A DNA stretch of 64,000 bases. Origin: Candidatus Multivorans sp. GTDB taxonomy: Bacteria; Acidobacteriota; Thermoanaerobaculia; Multivoradales; Multivoraceae. The stretch lies in assembly GCA_965247095.1 (NCBI GenBank), contig OZ251997.1:2720001-2784000 (forward strand). Direction: 5' to 3'. Each line of letters begins with the position of its first letter. Positions within the stretch are counted from its first letter, which is position 1. A program made the position numbers and the translations under genes. The notes under the pieces are model-generated. The model ran no database searches. It saw only the letters and a program-made list of their open reading frames with translations, and had not been told where the DNA came from. Shown here piece after piece: positions 18,034-28,892 of the stretch.

Positions 18034-20206
18034 CTTGTTTTTCCTCAGAGGCAGCCTTGCCGGGAGGCTGGCTCGCCGGCTGCTTCGGTAAGGGTGCTTC
18101 CGCGAGGCGTCGAGCCAAGTCGTCCGGGCTACCGAACCGGGTGAGTGCCTCGTTGAGCAGCCCTAGGCGTTGCTCCGTCGGCAGCGACTTGTCCCACCGG
18201 GCGTGCAGCTCGTTGACCGCGAGGCGGGTCAGGTGGCCGAGGAGCATGCATCGGATGTCGCCGTAGGTAGCCTTCCAGCCAGCCGCCCGAAGCTGGGACC
18301 GGTCCTTGGCGACAAGGGCCGATGGCTCTTCCTGCGAGTCGGGGAACTCATGCGAAAGCTCGGCGTCGGGAGACCTGCAAACAAACACAGTGTCGACGAT
18401 GGATGACGCCGTGCCGTGAATGTGTATCGAGCCGCTCATTTCCGCTGGGCACGGAAGCGCCGTGGTGCAAAGGAAGCCAGCGTCGAGAACCGCGACGCCT
18501 ACGGCACAGTAGGCCTCGACTCGATTGTGGTGGAACGTGAAAGCCAGGGGTGCGCCTGGCTTCAGCGCATCGGCTGCTCGGGTCCAGGCGGCAGACAGAC
18601 CTTCCGCGAAATGGGACAGCCCCCTGGCCTCGGTCGCATTGCCCGTCAGCTCTCGGCTCGAGCGTGTGGAGGTGCGGTTGAAGCCCTGGTGGTCAGTGGC
18701 GGCAAGGCGCTGTAACCAGGCGAAGCAGTAGTCCATGAGTTCTGCGTACTGCACGTTGCCGAAGTACGGTGGGTCCGTCAGCACCGCGTCCAGAGTGTCG
18801 GGCTCGAAATGGGTGGAGGTGGCGTCCGCGCGGCGCAATCGCACGACCCGGCGGCGGCCGTTGGCTTCCGCGCCGATGCGCTCGCCCTGGATGGGAACGC
18901 GACGCCGACGCGACCCAACCTGTTTCACCTCGAAAGGCGCCTCGCAGAATCGCTTCGCCTCCAGATACTTGCTGGTGATGTTCGACCAGCCTCCGGAGCC
19001 CACGTTTCCGCCGTTCGATCTCGGAATCCCGAGAAGGTTCGGCTCGCACTGCACCAGCCCCACCGGAAATCCATGGACCGAGAAGACATCCAGCGCCTTC
19101 AGGCTCTTGGAGTCGTAGCGACAGAGCATGTTCTGGTAGCGCAGGAGGTCGGACAAGTTGGTTGCGAGGGCTTGCCGGATCCGAGAATCCGGCACATCGG
19201 CAATCAGTCTGCAGCTCAACTCCAATCCGAGCAGTTGCCGCGAATTCGACATCTCTCGGTAGCGGCCGTAGCCCCAGCGTCGTAGCCGGTTGCTCTCGTC
19301 GCCGGCGGGAATCTCGGCATCCGGTACGTAGCGCGGTGTCAGTCCGCGCCAGTCTTCGGATGCAGCACGAACATGCTCCAGATCCTCGGCGTCGGGTTTC
19401 TTGAAGAACCGCCCCTTGTGGTGGGGCCGGTGCCTTGGATTGTGGTACTCGATCGCGAACAGCCGGTGAGCCGGTGGCCCCGAGGGCCTGTCCGGATAGG
19501 TGTTCGAGTGGCCACACCTCGGGCAATCGCAGCGGCCACGGCCTGCCGGTCCCGCGACACGGAGTTCCGCGGAGCAGGACGTACAGTCGCCGGGCCTCGC
19601 CAAGTCGGCGGCGTCGTTGAGGTCGCCGCACTCGGGACAGATCAGAACGTTGGTCGGGTGACGACTGTCCCTGGCCAGAACGAAGCCGGGAAACAGATCG
19701 ATCGAGTGGTCGCAGCCCCGACACGTCAGCGTCTTCACCCAGAGGAAGCTCTTGACCGGAACCTCTGAGTCTCCGTAGAGAGGACATCCGGTGCGGTAGT
19801 ACTTACCGATGCGTGCGTCGAGGGTGCTCCTCAGCGTGTGGGCAGCCTGTTGGTAGGCCATGAGATCGATGGAGGCGATCTCCTCCCGGACAATCCACGC
19901 CGCCATCGGATTGATGTCAAGTCCCTCGATGTCGCAGCCGATGCGATTGGCTTCGATGAGGGGAATGCCGCCGCCCATGAACGGGTCAGCGACACGGAGT
20001 CCCGGAAGATCGTGAGAACGATAGAAGGACTCGCGCAAAGGTCCGTCAACAAACTCGGAGAGCAGGAGGCCTCGGAAGAGGGTGCCGGGCCGGCGAGCGA
20101 ACCACTTGTGTACGGCGATGATCGGCCGATAGACCTGCTGGATCTGCTTCTCACGCAGAGCCATTTCGGCGACCAGAGGCACATCGAATTGGCGCTCGAT
20201 ACTCAT
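18017..20206 (-). CDS. DUF1156-type amino (N6-adenine) DNA methyltransferase with Cys-rich insert
   Basis: HKWFARRP near the N-terminus, motif I DPFMGGG, motif IV TDPPY, and CxxC pairs CRGC, CPEC, CTSC, CPRC. Confidence 0.88.
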   Translation of the reverse strand: MSIERQFDVPLVAEMALREKQIQQVYRPIIAVHKWFARRPGTLFRGLLLSEFVDGPLRESFYRSHDLPGLRVADPFMGGGIPLIEANRIGCDIEGLDINPMAAWIVREEIASIDLMAYQQAAHTLRSTLDARIGKYYRTGCPLYGDSEVPVKSFLWVKTLTCRGCDHSIDLFPGFVLARDSRHPTNVLICPECGDLNDAADLARPGDCTSCSAELRVAGPAGRGRCDCPRCGHSNTYPDRPSGPPAHRLFAIEYHNPRHRPHHKGRFFKKPDAEDLEHVRAASEDWRGLTPRYVPDAEIPAGDESNRLRRWGYGRYREMSNSRQLLGLELSCRLIADVPDSRIRQALATNLSDLLRYQNMLCRYDSKSLKALDVFSVHGFPVGLVQCEPNLLGIPRSNGGNVGSGGWSNITSKYLEAKRFCEAPFEVKQVGSRRRRVPIQGERIGAEANGRRRVVRLRRADATSTHFEPDTLDAVLTDPPYFGNVQYAELMDYCFAWLQRLAATDHQGFNRTSTRSSRELTGNATEARGLSHFAEGLSAAWTRAADALKPGAPLAFTFHHNRVEAYCAVGVAVLDAGFLCTTALPCPAEMSGSIHIHGTASSIVDTVFVCRSPDAELSHEFPDSQEEPSALVAKDRSQLRAAGWKATYGDIRCMLLGHLTRLAVNELHARWDKSLPTEQRLGLLNEALTRFGSPDDLARRLAEAPLPKQPASQPPGKAASEEKQVAIPF

Positions 20207-21624
20207 GGTCTACACGGCGACGGCGGCGACAGCAGCGACGGCATGGCCGGCCCCTTGCGGGCCACTGCCGAGTCGATTGCCTTCGGCAGCACCGTGACGA
20301 TCTTCTCGATCTCCTCGTCGCCCAGGATGAAGGGCGGGCCGAGACAGATGACGTCGCGCGCCGGATCGTTGCCGCCGGGATAGAAGAAGACGTCCATCGA
20401 CAGCCCGGCCGCCATCACGGCGTTGACCATCGCGACTTCGGCCGGGAACGGCTCGAGGGTCTCGCGGTCCCGGACCAGTTCGATGCCGTAGAGCAGGCCG
20501 CGACCGCGGATCTCCGCGACGTGCGGATGCTCGCCGAGGGCCTCGTGCAGCCGCTCGCCGAGGACCGCGCCGACGGTCGCGGCGCGCTCGACGAGCTCCT
20601 CCTCCTCCAGGATGCGGAGCACCTCGTTCGCCGCGGCGCAGGCCGGCGAGTGGGCGCCGTAGGTGAAGAACATGACGGAGTCGCCCGCGTCCGCGATCGG
20701 CGCTGTGACCTCTTCCCGTGCGGCGATGGCGACCAGGGGTGCGTAGCCGCCGGTCAGCCCCTTGCCGCCGACCAGGATGTCCGGAACCAGGTCCCAGTGG
20801 TCGACGCCGAACTTCCGGCCGGTGCGGCCGAAGCCGGTCATCACCTCGTCGGCGATCAGGAGAATGCCGTGCCGCCGGCAGATCTGCGCGATCCGGTCGA
20901 GATAGCCGTCCGGCGGAACCAGCGCGCCGGCATTCGATCCCACGATCGGCTCGATGACGAAGGCCGCGATCTCTTCCGGGCCGATCTGTTCGAACACCCG
21001 CTCGACTTCGTCGGCGCAGGCGATCTCGCACGAGGGGAACGTCTTGCCCATGGGACAGCGCAGGCAGTAGTGCGCGGGCGGCCGTGGCTGGTTGGTCTGC
21101 TCGTCGATCAGCCAGGGTTCGAAACCGGCCCGGCGCGCCCTGTGGCCGCCCACCGCCAGCGAGGCCATCGTGGCGCCGTGGTACGAGAGTTCACGTCCCA
21201 GTACCCGCCAGCGCTCGGGGCGTCCCGCCGACAGGTGATGCTGACGGGCGAAGCGGATCGCCAGGTCCATCGCCTCGGAACCGCCGCTGGCGAACAGGAC
21301 CCGCTTGATGTCGCCGGGCAGCCAGCGGGTCCGCAGGCGGTGGACCAGCTCGGCGCGCGCCGGGGTCACGAACGGAGGCACGACGTAGTCCGTCTGCGCG
21401 GCGGCGCGGGCGTAGGCCTCCGCGACTTCGCGCCGTCCGTGCCCGATGTTCGAGACGATCGCGCCGCCGGCCGCGTCGAGAATGCGGCGGCCACAGGAAG
21501 TGATCAGGTAGCAGCCCTCCGTCGCCGCCACCTCCAGCGGCGCCTTGCCCTGAGCCAGGAATGGATAGTCGTTGGCGTGCGGCAGCGGCGCCCCTTCGCC
21601 GGAGCGTAGATCGACCGTGTTCAT
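20203..21624 (-). CDS. class III PLP-dependent aminotransferase
   Basis: SGGSEA, SYHG, LIADEVMTGFGRTG and GKGLTGGY. Confidence 0.93.
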   Translation of the reverse strand: MNTVDLRSGEGAPLPHANDYPFLAQGKAPLEVAATEGCYLITSCGRRILDAAGGAIVSNIGHGRREVAEAYARAAAQTDYVVPPFVTPARAELVHRLRTRWLPGDIKRVLFASGGSEAMDLAIRFARQHHLSAGRPERWRVLGRELSYHGATMASLAVGGHRARRAGFEPWLIDEQTNQPRPPAHYCLRCPMGKTFPSCEIACADEVERVFEQIGPEEIAAFVIEPIVGSNAGALVPPDGYLDRIAQICRRHGILLIADEVMTGFGRTGRKFGVDHWDLVPDILVGGKGLTGGYAPLVAIAAREEVTAPIADAGDSVMFFTYGAHSPACAAANEVLRILEEEELVERAATVGAVLGERLHEALGEHPHVAEIRGRGLLYGIELVRDRETLEPFPAEVAMVNAVMAAGLSMDVFFYPGGNDPARDVICLGPPFILGDEEIEKIVTVLPKAIDSAVARKGPAMPSLLSPPSPCRP

Positions 21625-21788
21625 GTCCTGAGACTAGCGCCTCCAAACGCCTCGCAGGCTCGGAGTTTGGTCCCAGCCCCCACCTCACAAGGACGCTGCG
21701 TCAGCAGAACTTACTTCGTTGCGTTCTGCGACGCAGCCTCCTTGTAGACTGCCGGCCGTTGCCGGGACTTCTTCGGCAGCCGCAAGCC

Positions 21789-22382
21789 ATGAATGGGATC
21801 CACGACATGGGCGGGATGCACGGCTTCGGCGCCGTGGATCGCCGCCCGGACGAGGCTCTGTTCCCCGAGGCCTGGCAGGGCCGGGTCTGCGCGCTGGCGG
21901 GTTACGCGACGAGCGCCGGACTCGCGAACATCGACGCGTTCCGCCATGCGATCGAGCGGATGCCGGCGGACCGCTACCTCTCCGACGGGTACTACGGGCG
22001 CTGGCTCTACGCGCTGGAAACCCTGGCTCACGAGCGCCTGGCCGATGGCCGGCAGCCGGCGCCGCCCGAGCACGAAGGTTCGGTGGTGAGGGAGGTCGAC
22101 CACGAGCCGATCTACGCGGTCGGCGATGCCGTTCGCACCTGGAACCGGCACCCCGAGGGCCATACGCGCTTGCCGGGCTACGCGCGGAACCGTCGCGGCG
22201 TGGTCGCCGACGTGCATCCGGCGTGTGTCTATCCCGACACGAACGCCGACGGGCGCGGCGAGTCGCCGCAGCACCTCTACACCGTCGGCTTCTCCGGCCC
22301 CGAACTCTGGGGCGAGGAGGCGGAAGCCGGCGCCACGGTCTACATCGACCTGTTCGAGCCGTACCTGGAGGCGATGCCGTGA
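21789..22382 (+). CDS. nthB: nitrile hydratase subunit beta
   Basis: MNGIHDMGGMHGFG, FRHAIERM, YYGRW, HTRLPGYAR and IDLFEPYLE. Confidence 0.92.
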   Translation: MNGIHDMGGMHGFGAVDRRPDEALFPEAWQGRVCALAGYATSAGLANIDAFRHAIERMPADRYLSDGYYGRWLYALETLAHERLADGRQPAPPEHEGSVVREVDHEPIYAVGDAVRTWNRHPEGHTRLPGYARNRRGVVADVHPACVYPDTNADGRGESPQHLYTVGFSGPELWGEEAEAGATVYIDLFEPYLEAMP

Positions 22383-23032
22383 CGACCGAAACCGCGAGTC
22401 CCAAACCCGGTTGGCGCGCTCCCGCGCCAACCGCGACCCAGTCCGCGCCCCCGTCATCGGGGGCGCGGATGGCACTCCGCACCGAGGCGCTAGAGGCTCT
22501 GCTGGTGGAGAAGGGCCTGGTCGAATCCGCCGCGGTCGACGCCGTGGTCGAGCGCTACGAGCAGGACATCGGGCCGCTGCGCGGCGCCCAGGCCGTGGCG
22601 CGCGCCTGGACCGACCCGGCCTTCAAGGAGCGCTTGCTCGATGACGGTATGCCGGCGGTCCGCGAGTTGGGCTTCGGCGACAAGATGGACGGTCACGTCG
22701 CCCGCCTCGTGGTCAAGGAGAACACGGAGTCCGTCCACAACCTGGTCGTCTGCACGTTGTGTTCCTGCTACCCGTGGGCGGTGCTCGGGCTGCCGCCGGC
22801 CTGGTACAAGTCGCCGGCGTACCGTTCGCGGGCGGTGCGCGAACCCCGCCGGCTGCTCTCGGAGCTGGGCCTCGATCTGCCGCCCGAGGTCGAGCTGCGG
22901 GTCTGGGACTCGAGCGCGGAGGTGCGCTACCTGGTCCTGCCGCAGCGGCCGCCGGCGAGCGACGGCCTCAAGCCGGACGAGCTGGCCGCCCTGGTCACCC
23001 GCGACGCGATGATCGGCGTCGAGCGTCTGTGA
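22379..23032 (+). CDS. nthA: nitrile hydratase subunit alpha, cobalt type
   Basis: Metal motif VCTLCSCYP (Thr/Tyr variant indicates Co-type), VARAWTDP and WYKS...YRSR. GGAGG RBS before GTG 22379, which overlaps the nthB stop. Confidence 0.95.
   Translation: MTTETASPKPGWRAPAPTATQSAPPSSGARMALRTEALEALLVEKGLVESAAVDAVVERYEQDIGPLRGAQAVARAWTDPAFKERLLDDGMPAVRELGFGDKMDGHVARLVVKENTESVHNLVVCTLCSCYPWAVLGLPPAWYKSPAYRSRAVREPRRLLSELGLDLPPEVELRVWDSSAEVRYLVLPQRPPASDGLKPDELAALVTRDAMIGVERL
22403..22472 (+). repeat. double-hairpin palindromic repeat (family B), in frame within the nthA N-terminus
   Basis: GGTTGGCGCG-ctcc-CGCGCCAACC followed by TCCGCGCCCCCG-tcat-CGGGGGCGCGGA; homologous to 47155-47225. Confidence 0.8.
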
Positions 23033-23460
23033 ACCTCTCGGTCCGGCTGGACGAGGACGGCGCTGCCGCGCCGCCACGCGAGAACGGAGAGCTGGCCTTC
23101 AGCGCGCCCTGGGAAAGCCGGTTGTTCGGCCTGACGATGACCCTCGTCGAAGCCGGCCGCCTCGACTGGGAGGCGTTCCGCCAGCGTCTGATCGCGCGGA
23201 TAGCCGCGTGGGAGAAGCAGGCAGCCGGGGAGTCCTGGAACTACTGGCAGCGATGGCGGGAGGCCTTCGAGGACTCCCTCGAAGCCGCGGGACTCGTCGC
23301 CGCGCCGGAGATCGACGGCCTGACCCGCCGGCTCGCGGCGCGGCCGCACGGTCACGATCATCACCACGACCACCACGACCACCACGACCACTTGCACGAA
23401 CACGGCGGCCACGGGCGTCCCGGGGATTCCCCGCCCGCCGCCACGGAGATCGACCGATGA
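23029..23460 (+). CDS. nitrile hydratase accessory/activator protein (NHase beta-like) with His-rich tail
   Basis: PPRENGELAFSAPWESRLFG, WEAFRQRLI and YWQRW; tail HGHDHHHDHHDHHDHLHEH. Confidence 0.88.
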   Translation: MNLSVRLDEDGAAAPPRENGELAFSAPWESRLFGLTMTLVEAGRLDWEAFRQRLIARIAAWEKQAAGESWNYWQRWREAFEDSLEAAGLVAAPEIDGLTRRLAARPHGHDHHHDHHDHHDHLHEHGGHGRPGDSPPAATEIDR

Positions 23461-24314
23461 CAGCTCAATTGCTTGCGGGCCAACCCGTCGCCGAGGCGGT
23501 CCTCGCCGAGGTCGCGGAGCGGGTCGACGAACTCCGCGCGGCCGGCATACGTCCCGGTCTGGGGACGATCCTGGTCGGCGACGACGCGGCGTCCAGCGGC
23601 TACGTCCGGAAGAAGCACGAGACCTGCGAGGAGGTCGGGATCGCCTCGTTCCACGCACAGGTACCGGCGGATGCCGGCCAGGCCGAACTGCTTGCCGCCG
23701 TCGACCGCTTCAACGCGGACCCGGAAGTCGACGCGTACATCATCCAGCACCCGGTGCCCGCCGGTTTCGACTTCAACGAGGCCCTGGCGCGCATGGACGC
23801 GCGCAAGGACGCCGACGGCCTGCACCCGGTCAACCTGGGCAAGCTGGTGCTCCAGGAGCGGGGGCCTGTCCCCTGCACGCCCGCCGGCATCCAGGCCATG
23901 CTCGTCCACTACGGAATCGACATCGGCGGCCGCGAGGTCGTGGTGCTGGGCCGCGGCCCGACCCTCGGACGCCCGCTGTCCCTGCTGCTGACCCTGAAGC
24001 AGCCCGGCGCGAACGCCATCGTCACCGTCGTCCACACCGGCGCCCGGGACACAGCGCCCTTCACCCGCCGCGCCGACATCGTGGTCGCGGCTCTGGGCGT
24101 GCCGCGCTTCGTTCAGCCGGAGATGATCAAGCCCGGCGCGGTCGTGGTCAGCGGCGGCATCAGTTGGGAGGGCAGGAAGCTCCTGCCCGACGTCGACGAG
24201 TCGGTCGGCGACGTGGCGAGCTGGATCACCCCGCGGCTCGGGGGCGTGGGGCCGACCACGGTGGCGATGCTGCTGCGGAACACGGTGCTGGCGGCGGCGG
24301 AAAGGATGGGTTGA
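23457..24314 (+). CDS. folD: bifunctional methylene-THF dehydrogenase/cyclohydrolase
   Basis: LVGDDAAS, YVRKK, KDADGLHPVNLG, PCTPAG and TPRLGGVGPTTVAMLLRN. Confidence 0.95.
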   Translation: MTAQLLAGQPVAEAVLAEVAERVDELRAAGIRPGLGTILVGDDAASSGYVRKKHETCEEVGIASFHAQVPADAGQAELLAAVDRFNADPEVDAYIIQHPVPAGFDFNEALARMDARKDADGLHPVNLGKLVLQERGPVPCTPAGIQAMLVHYGIDIGGREVVVLGRGPTLGRPLSLLLTLKQPGANAIVTVVHTGARDTAPFTRRADIVVAALGVPRFVQPEMIKPGAVVVSGGISWEGRKLLPDVDESVGDVASWITPRLGGVGPTTVAMLLRNTVLAAAERMG

Positions 24315-24315
24315 G

Positions 24316-26553
24316 ATGAGATGGCTGGCCCTGGCCTTGACCGTCGCCGCTGCGCCGGCCGGCGCCCAGGAACTGATCGGCTTCCACCCCGACCGGGTCG
24401 CCGCGCAGCGGGAGATGGAGGAACGGGGCGACGGCTGGATCGCGCCCGAGGATCTCCTGGAATGGAGCCGCGGGATGACGCCGCGGCCGCATCATGCCGG
24501 TTCGCCCCAGGCCGAGGCGAACGCGCGCTGGATGGTGGAGCGCTTCAGGGAGTGGGGGTTCGAGGCCGAGATCGAGACCTACCACGTCCTGTTCCCGACG
24601 CCCCGGCGGCGCTCACTGACCCTGCTCGAGCCGACCCGGTTCGAGGCCTCCCTGATCGAAGAGCCGGCGGCGGGAGACGGCACGGCAGAGGTCGCGGTCG
24701 CGGAGGGACTGCCCCCCTTCAACGCCTACTCGGCCGACGGCGACGTGACCGCGGAACTGGTCTACGTGAACCGCGGGGTTCCCGAGGACTACGAAGTGCT
24801 CGAACGCCTGGGGATCGAGGTCCGCGGGCGCATCGTGATCGCCCGCTACGGCGGCTCGTGGCGCGGCATCAAGCCGAAGGTCGCCTTCGAACGCGGAGCG
24901 GTCGGCTGCCTGATCTTCAACGATCCCGGGGACGACGGCTACAGCCAGGGCGCGGCGTACCCGGACGGTTCGTTCAAGCACCCGAGCGCGGTCCAGCGCG
25001 GTTCGGTCCTGGACCTGCCGCTTCGTCCCGGCGATCCGTTGACGCCGATGCGCGGCGCCACGGAGGACGCAAGCCGGCTCGACCGGAGTGACGCCGAGAC
25101 GCTGATGCAGATCCCCGTTCTGCCCATCTCGTGGCGGGACGCGCAGCCGCTGCTCGAGGCTTTGGGCGGCGAGACGGCGCCGGCCGATTGGCGGGGCGGT
25201 CTGCCGATCACCTACCGGATCGGCCCCGGACCGGCCCGCGTGCGGCTGCGGCTCGAGTTCGACTGGGACCTCGCGCCGGCGCACAACGTGATCGCCAGGC
25301 TGCCGGGCAGTGAGCGGCCGGACCAGTGGATCCTGCGCGGCAATCACCACGATGCCTGGGTGATCGGCGCCCGGGATCCGATCAGCGGCCTGGTCGGTCT
25401 GCTGGCGGAAGCGCAGGCCGTCGGCTGGTTGGCCAGAGAGGGGCACCGGCCCCGTCGCACGATCGTGTACGCGGCCTGGGATGCCGAGGAGCCGGGTCTG
25501 CTCGGCTCCACCGAGTGGGTGGAGCACCACGCCGACGAACTGCGCGAGCACGCGGCGGTCTACATCAACTCGGACTCGAACAGCCGCGGCTTCCTGCGCG
25601 CCGGTGGGTCGCATGCCCTGGAGACCCTGGTCAACCAGGTCGCGAAGGACGTCGAGGACCCGCAGACCGGGGTCAGCGTCGGCGAACGGCTACGCGCTTC
25701 GCGGCGCGCCCGCGGCACTCCCGCCGTCTACCAGCGGCTTCAGGCCTCGGACCGGCTGCGGATCTCCGCTCTGGGCTCCGGCTCCGACTACTCGCCGTTC
25801 CTCCAGCACCTCGGTGTGTCGTCCCTGAACGTCGGTTACGGCGGCGAGTCGTCCGGCGGCGAGTACCACACCGCCTTCGACTCCTTCGACTTCTACCGCC
25901 GGTTCGTCGACCCGGGCGCCGTCTACGGCGCCGCGCTGGCCCGCACGGGCCTGCGCCTTGTGCTGCGGCTGGCCAATGCCGACGTGCTGCCGTTCGAGTT
26001 CGGCGCCACCGCAGCCACCGTCGGCCGCTACGTCGACGAGGTCGTCCAGCTTGCCGCGAACGAGCGCACGCGGCTGGAACGGGAGGGTGAACTGGTGCGG
26101 AGCGGCGCCTTCCGGTTGGCGGCTGATCCGACCCGGCCCTTCGTGGAACCGGAAGCGCAAGCGACGGCCCCGTACCTGAACTTCGCGCCGCTCAGGAACG
26201 CGCACGATCGGCTCGTGCGCGCTGCGAAGTCTGCCGACGAGTCGCTGGCATCGGCGGCTCAGAACGGCGACGAGGACGCCCAGGAGCAGCTCGACGAACT
26301 CATCGTGGGCAGCGAACGGCTGTTGACGCGGGCCCACGGTCTGCCGGGCCGTCCCTGGTTCCGGCACCACCTGTATTCGCCCGGTCTCTACACCGGCTAC
26401 GGCGTGAAGACGCTGCCGGGAGTTCGGGAGGCGATCGAGAAGAGCGAGTGGGACGAAGCCCAGAGGCAGATCGACATCGCCGCTGAGGTGCTCGGCGAGT
26501 ACGCCGAGCAGTTGAAGCGGATGGCGCGGGCTACGGAGTCCAGGGAACCGTAG
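24316..26553 (+). CDS. M28 glutamate carboxypeptidase II (NAALADase/folate hydrolase)-like peptidase, secreted
   Basis: Signal peptide, PA domain, GNHHDAW, WDAEEPGLLGSTEW, GSGSDY and a C-terminal TfR-dimer-like region (PWFRHHLY). Confidence 0.92.
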   Translation: MRWLALALTVAAAPAGAQELIGFHPDRVAAQREMEERGDGWIAPEDLLEWSRGMTPRPHHAGSPQAEANARWMVERFREWGFEAEIETYHVLFPTPRRRSLTLLEPTRFEASLIEEPAAGDGTAEVAVAEGLPPFNAYSADGDVTAELVYVNRGVPEDYEVLERLGIEVRGRIVIARYGGSWRGIKPKVAFERGAVGCLIFNDPGDDGYSQGAAYPDGSFKHPSAVQRGSVLDLPLRPGDPLTPMRGATEDASRLDRSDAETLMQIPVLPISWRDAQPLLEALGGETAPADWRGGLPITYRIGPGPARVRLRLEFDWDLAPAHNVIARLPGSERPDQWILRGNHHDAWVIGARDPISGLVGLLAEAQAVGWLAREGHRPRRTIVYAAWDAEEPGLLGSTEWVEHHADELREHAAVYINSDSNSRGFLRAGGSHALETLVNQVAKDVEDPQTGVSVGERLRASRRARGTPAVYQRLQASDRLRISALGSGSDYSPFLQHLGVSSLNVGYGGESSGGEYHTAFDSFDFYRRFVDPGAVYGAALARTGLRLVLRLANADVLPFEFGATAATVGRYVDEVVQLAANERTRLEREGELVRSGAFRLAADPTRPFVEPEAQATAPYLNFAPLRNAHDRLVRAAKSADESLASAAQNGDEDAQEQLDELIVGSERLLTRAHGLPGRPWFRHHLYSPGLYTGYGVKTLPGVREAIEKSEWDEAQRQIDIAAEVLGEYAEQLKRMARATESREP

Positions 26554-26588
26554 CCCGCGACCACCCGGACGACGGCCGCGGGTCGACT

Positions 26589-27692
<1,104 letters not shown>

Positions 27693-27974
27693 GTCGGTTC
27701 TCCCTCTTGAAGCTGTCGGCCCCCTATCGGGGTACTCGACCGGCGGAATCGCGGCGAATGAGCGTTGGCTTTTCCACTACGAAAGAATAAGCTAGCGGAC
27801 GGTAGCATGAGTTGACCCTCCTTTAGCAGTTTTTCTTTTCGAACCGTGCCTGAATTGATGGAAGGTTCATGAATTTCTGAAGGTTCCGCGAACTGTGTTG
27901 CTGGGCGCCCTGGAAAGCGGGGCGGCAACGCCGCCAACAAGAGGCGCCGGCCGCCTCGAGGTTGCCCGGGGGCC

Positions 27975-28892
27975 TCAGCGCGGGCTGAGGGCGCAGCGGA
28001 AGCCGGTGTTGTCGAGACCTGAATCGGGCGCCGAGTGGTTGCGGTTCGCGTTCCGGTAGCCCTCGCAGTAGCTCGCGGCGCACAGCCAGGAGCCGCCCTT
28101 CAGGACCTTCTCGCCGCCGGCGCCGCCGGGCAGGTACCAGTCGTCGCACCACTCCCAGACGTTGCCGCCGAGGTCGAAGACGCCGAGGTCGTTCGGTGGA
28201 TACGAGCCGACCGGCGCCAGATAGGTGTGCCCGTCGGCCGCCTCGTCCGTGCCGGGAAAGTCGCCCTGCCAGACGTTTCCGACCCATTCGCCGTCGGGGG
28301 CGGGATCGTCGCCCCAGGGGTAGCGGGCGTGGCCGGCGCCGTCGTTGCCGGCGGCGGCGGCGAGGTCCCATTCAGCCTCGGTCGGGAGCCGCCTACCGCG
28401 CCAGGCGCAGAAGGCGTCGGCGTCGGCCCAACTGACGTGGACGACGGGGAGTTCGGGTTGGGCTTCGGCGCCGGGGCCGCGGGGACGCCGCCAGTCGGCG
28501 CCGTCGACCCTCAGCCACCAGGGCGTTCCCGGCACCCGCTGTTCCTGGGCAGGGTTCGCGGTCGCTTCCGGGTGGAAGACCAGGGACCAGTCCCAGCGCT
28601 CGGCCTCGGTGACGAATCCGGTCGCGTCGACGAAGGCGGCGAAGTCCCGGTTCGTGACCTCGTAGACGTCCAGGTCGAAGGCAGCGACTTCGAGTTCCCC
28701 TCCGGAGCGGGGCACGGCGCCGGCGGGTACGCGCACCATGCCTTCCGGCGCCGGTTCGGGCGCGGTCGAACCGGCCGGCTCTGAAGTCACGGCCCGCGTC
28801 GACTCCTCCGGCGGACCGGCGCAACCGAGGACGGCGGCGATGCCGATCGAAGCGAGGAGCGCCGGCGGGCGTGGGCGGCGCCGCGGGGTCAC
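27975..28892 (-). CDS. formylglycine-generating enzyme (SUMF1/FGE-sulfatase) family lipoprotein
   Basis: EVTN, PVVHVSW, RLPTEAEW, GNVWEW, KGGSWLCAASYC (CxxxxC) and GFRC; lipobox-like VLGC. Confidence 0.88.
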   Translation of the reverse strand: MTPRRRPRPPALLASIGIAAVLGCAGPPEESTRAVTSEPAGSTAPEPAPEGMVRVPAGAVPRSGGELEVAAFDLDVYEVTNRDFAAFVDATGFVTEAERWDWSLVFHPEATANPAQEQRVPGTPWWLRVDGADWRRPRGPGAEAQPELPVVHVSWADADAFCAWRGRRLPTEAEWDLAAAAGNDGAGHARYPWGDDPAPDGEWVGNVWQGDFPGTDEAADGHTYLAPVGSYPPNDLGVFDLGGNVWEWCDDWYLPGGAGGEKVLKGGSWLCAASYCEGYRNANRNHSAPDSGLDNTGFRCALSPR

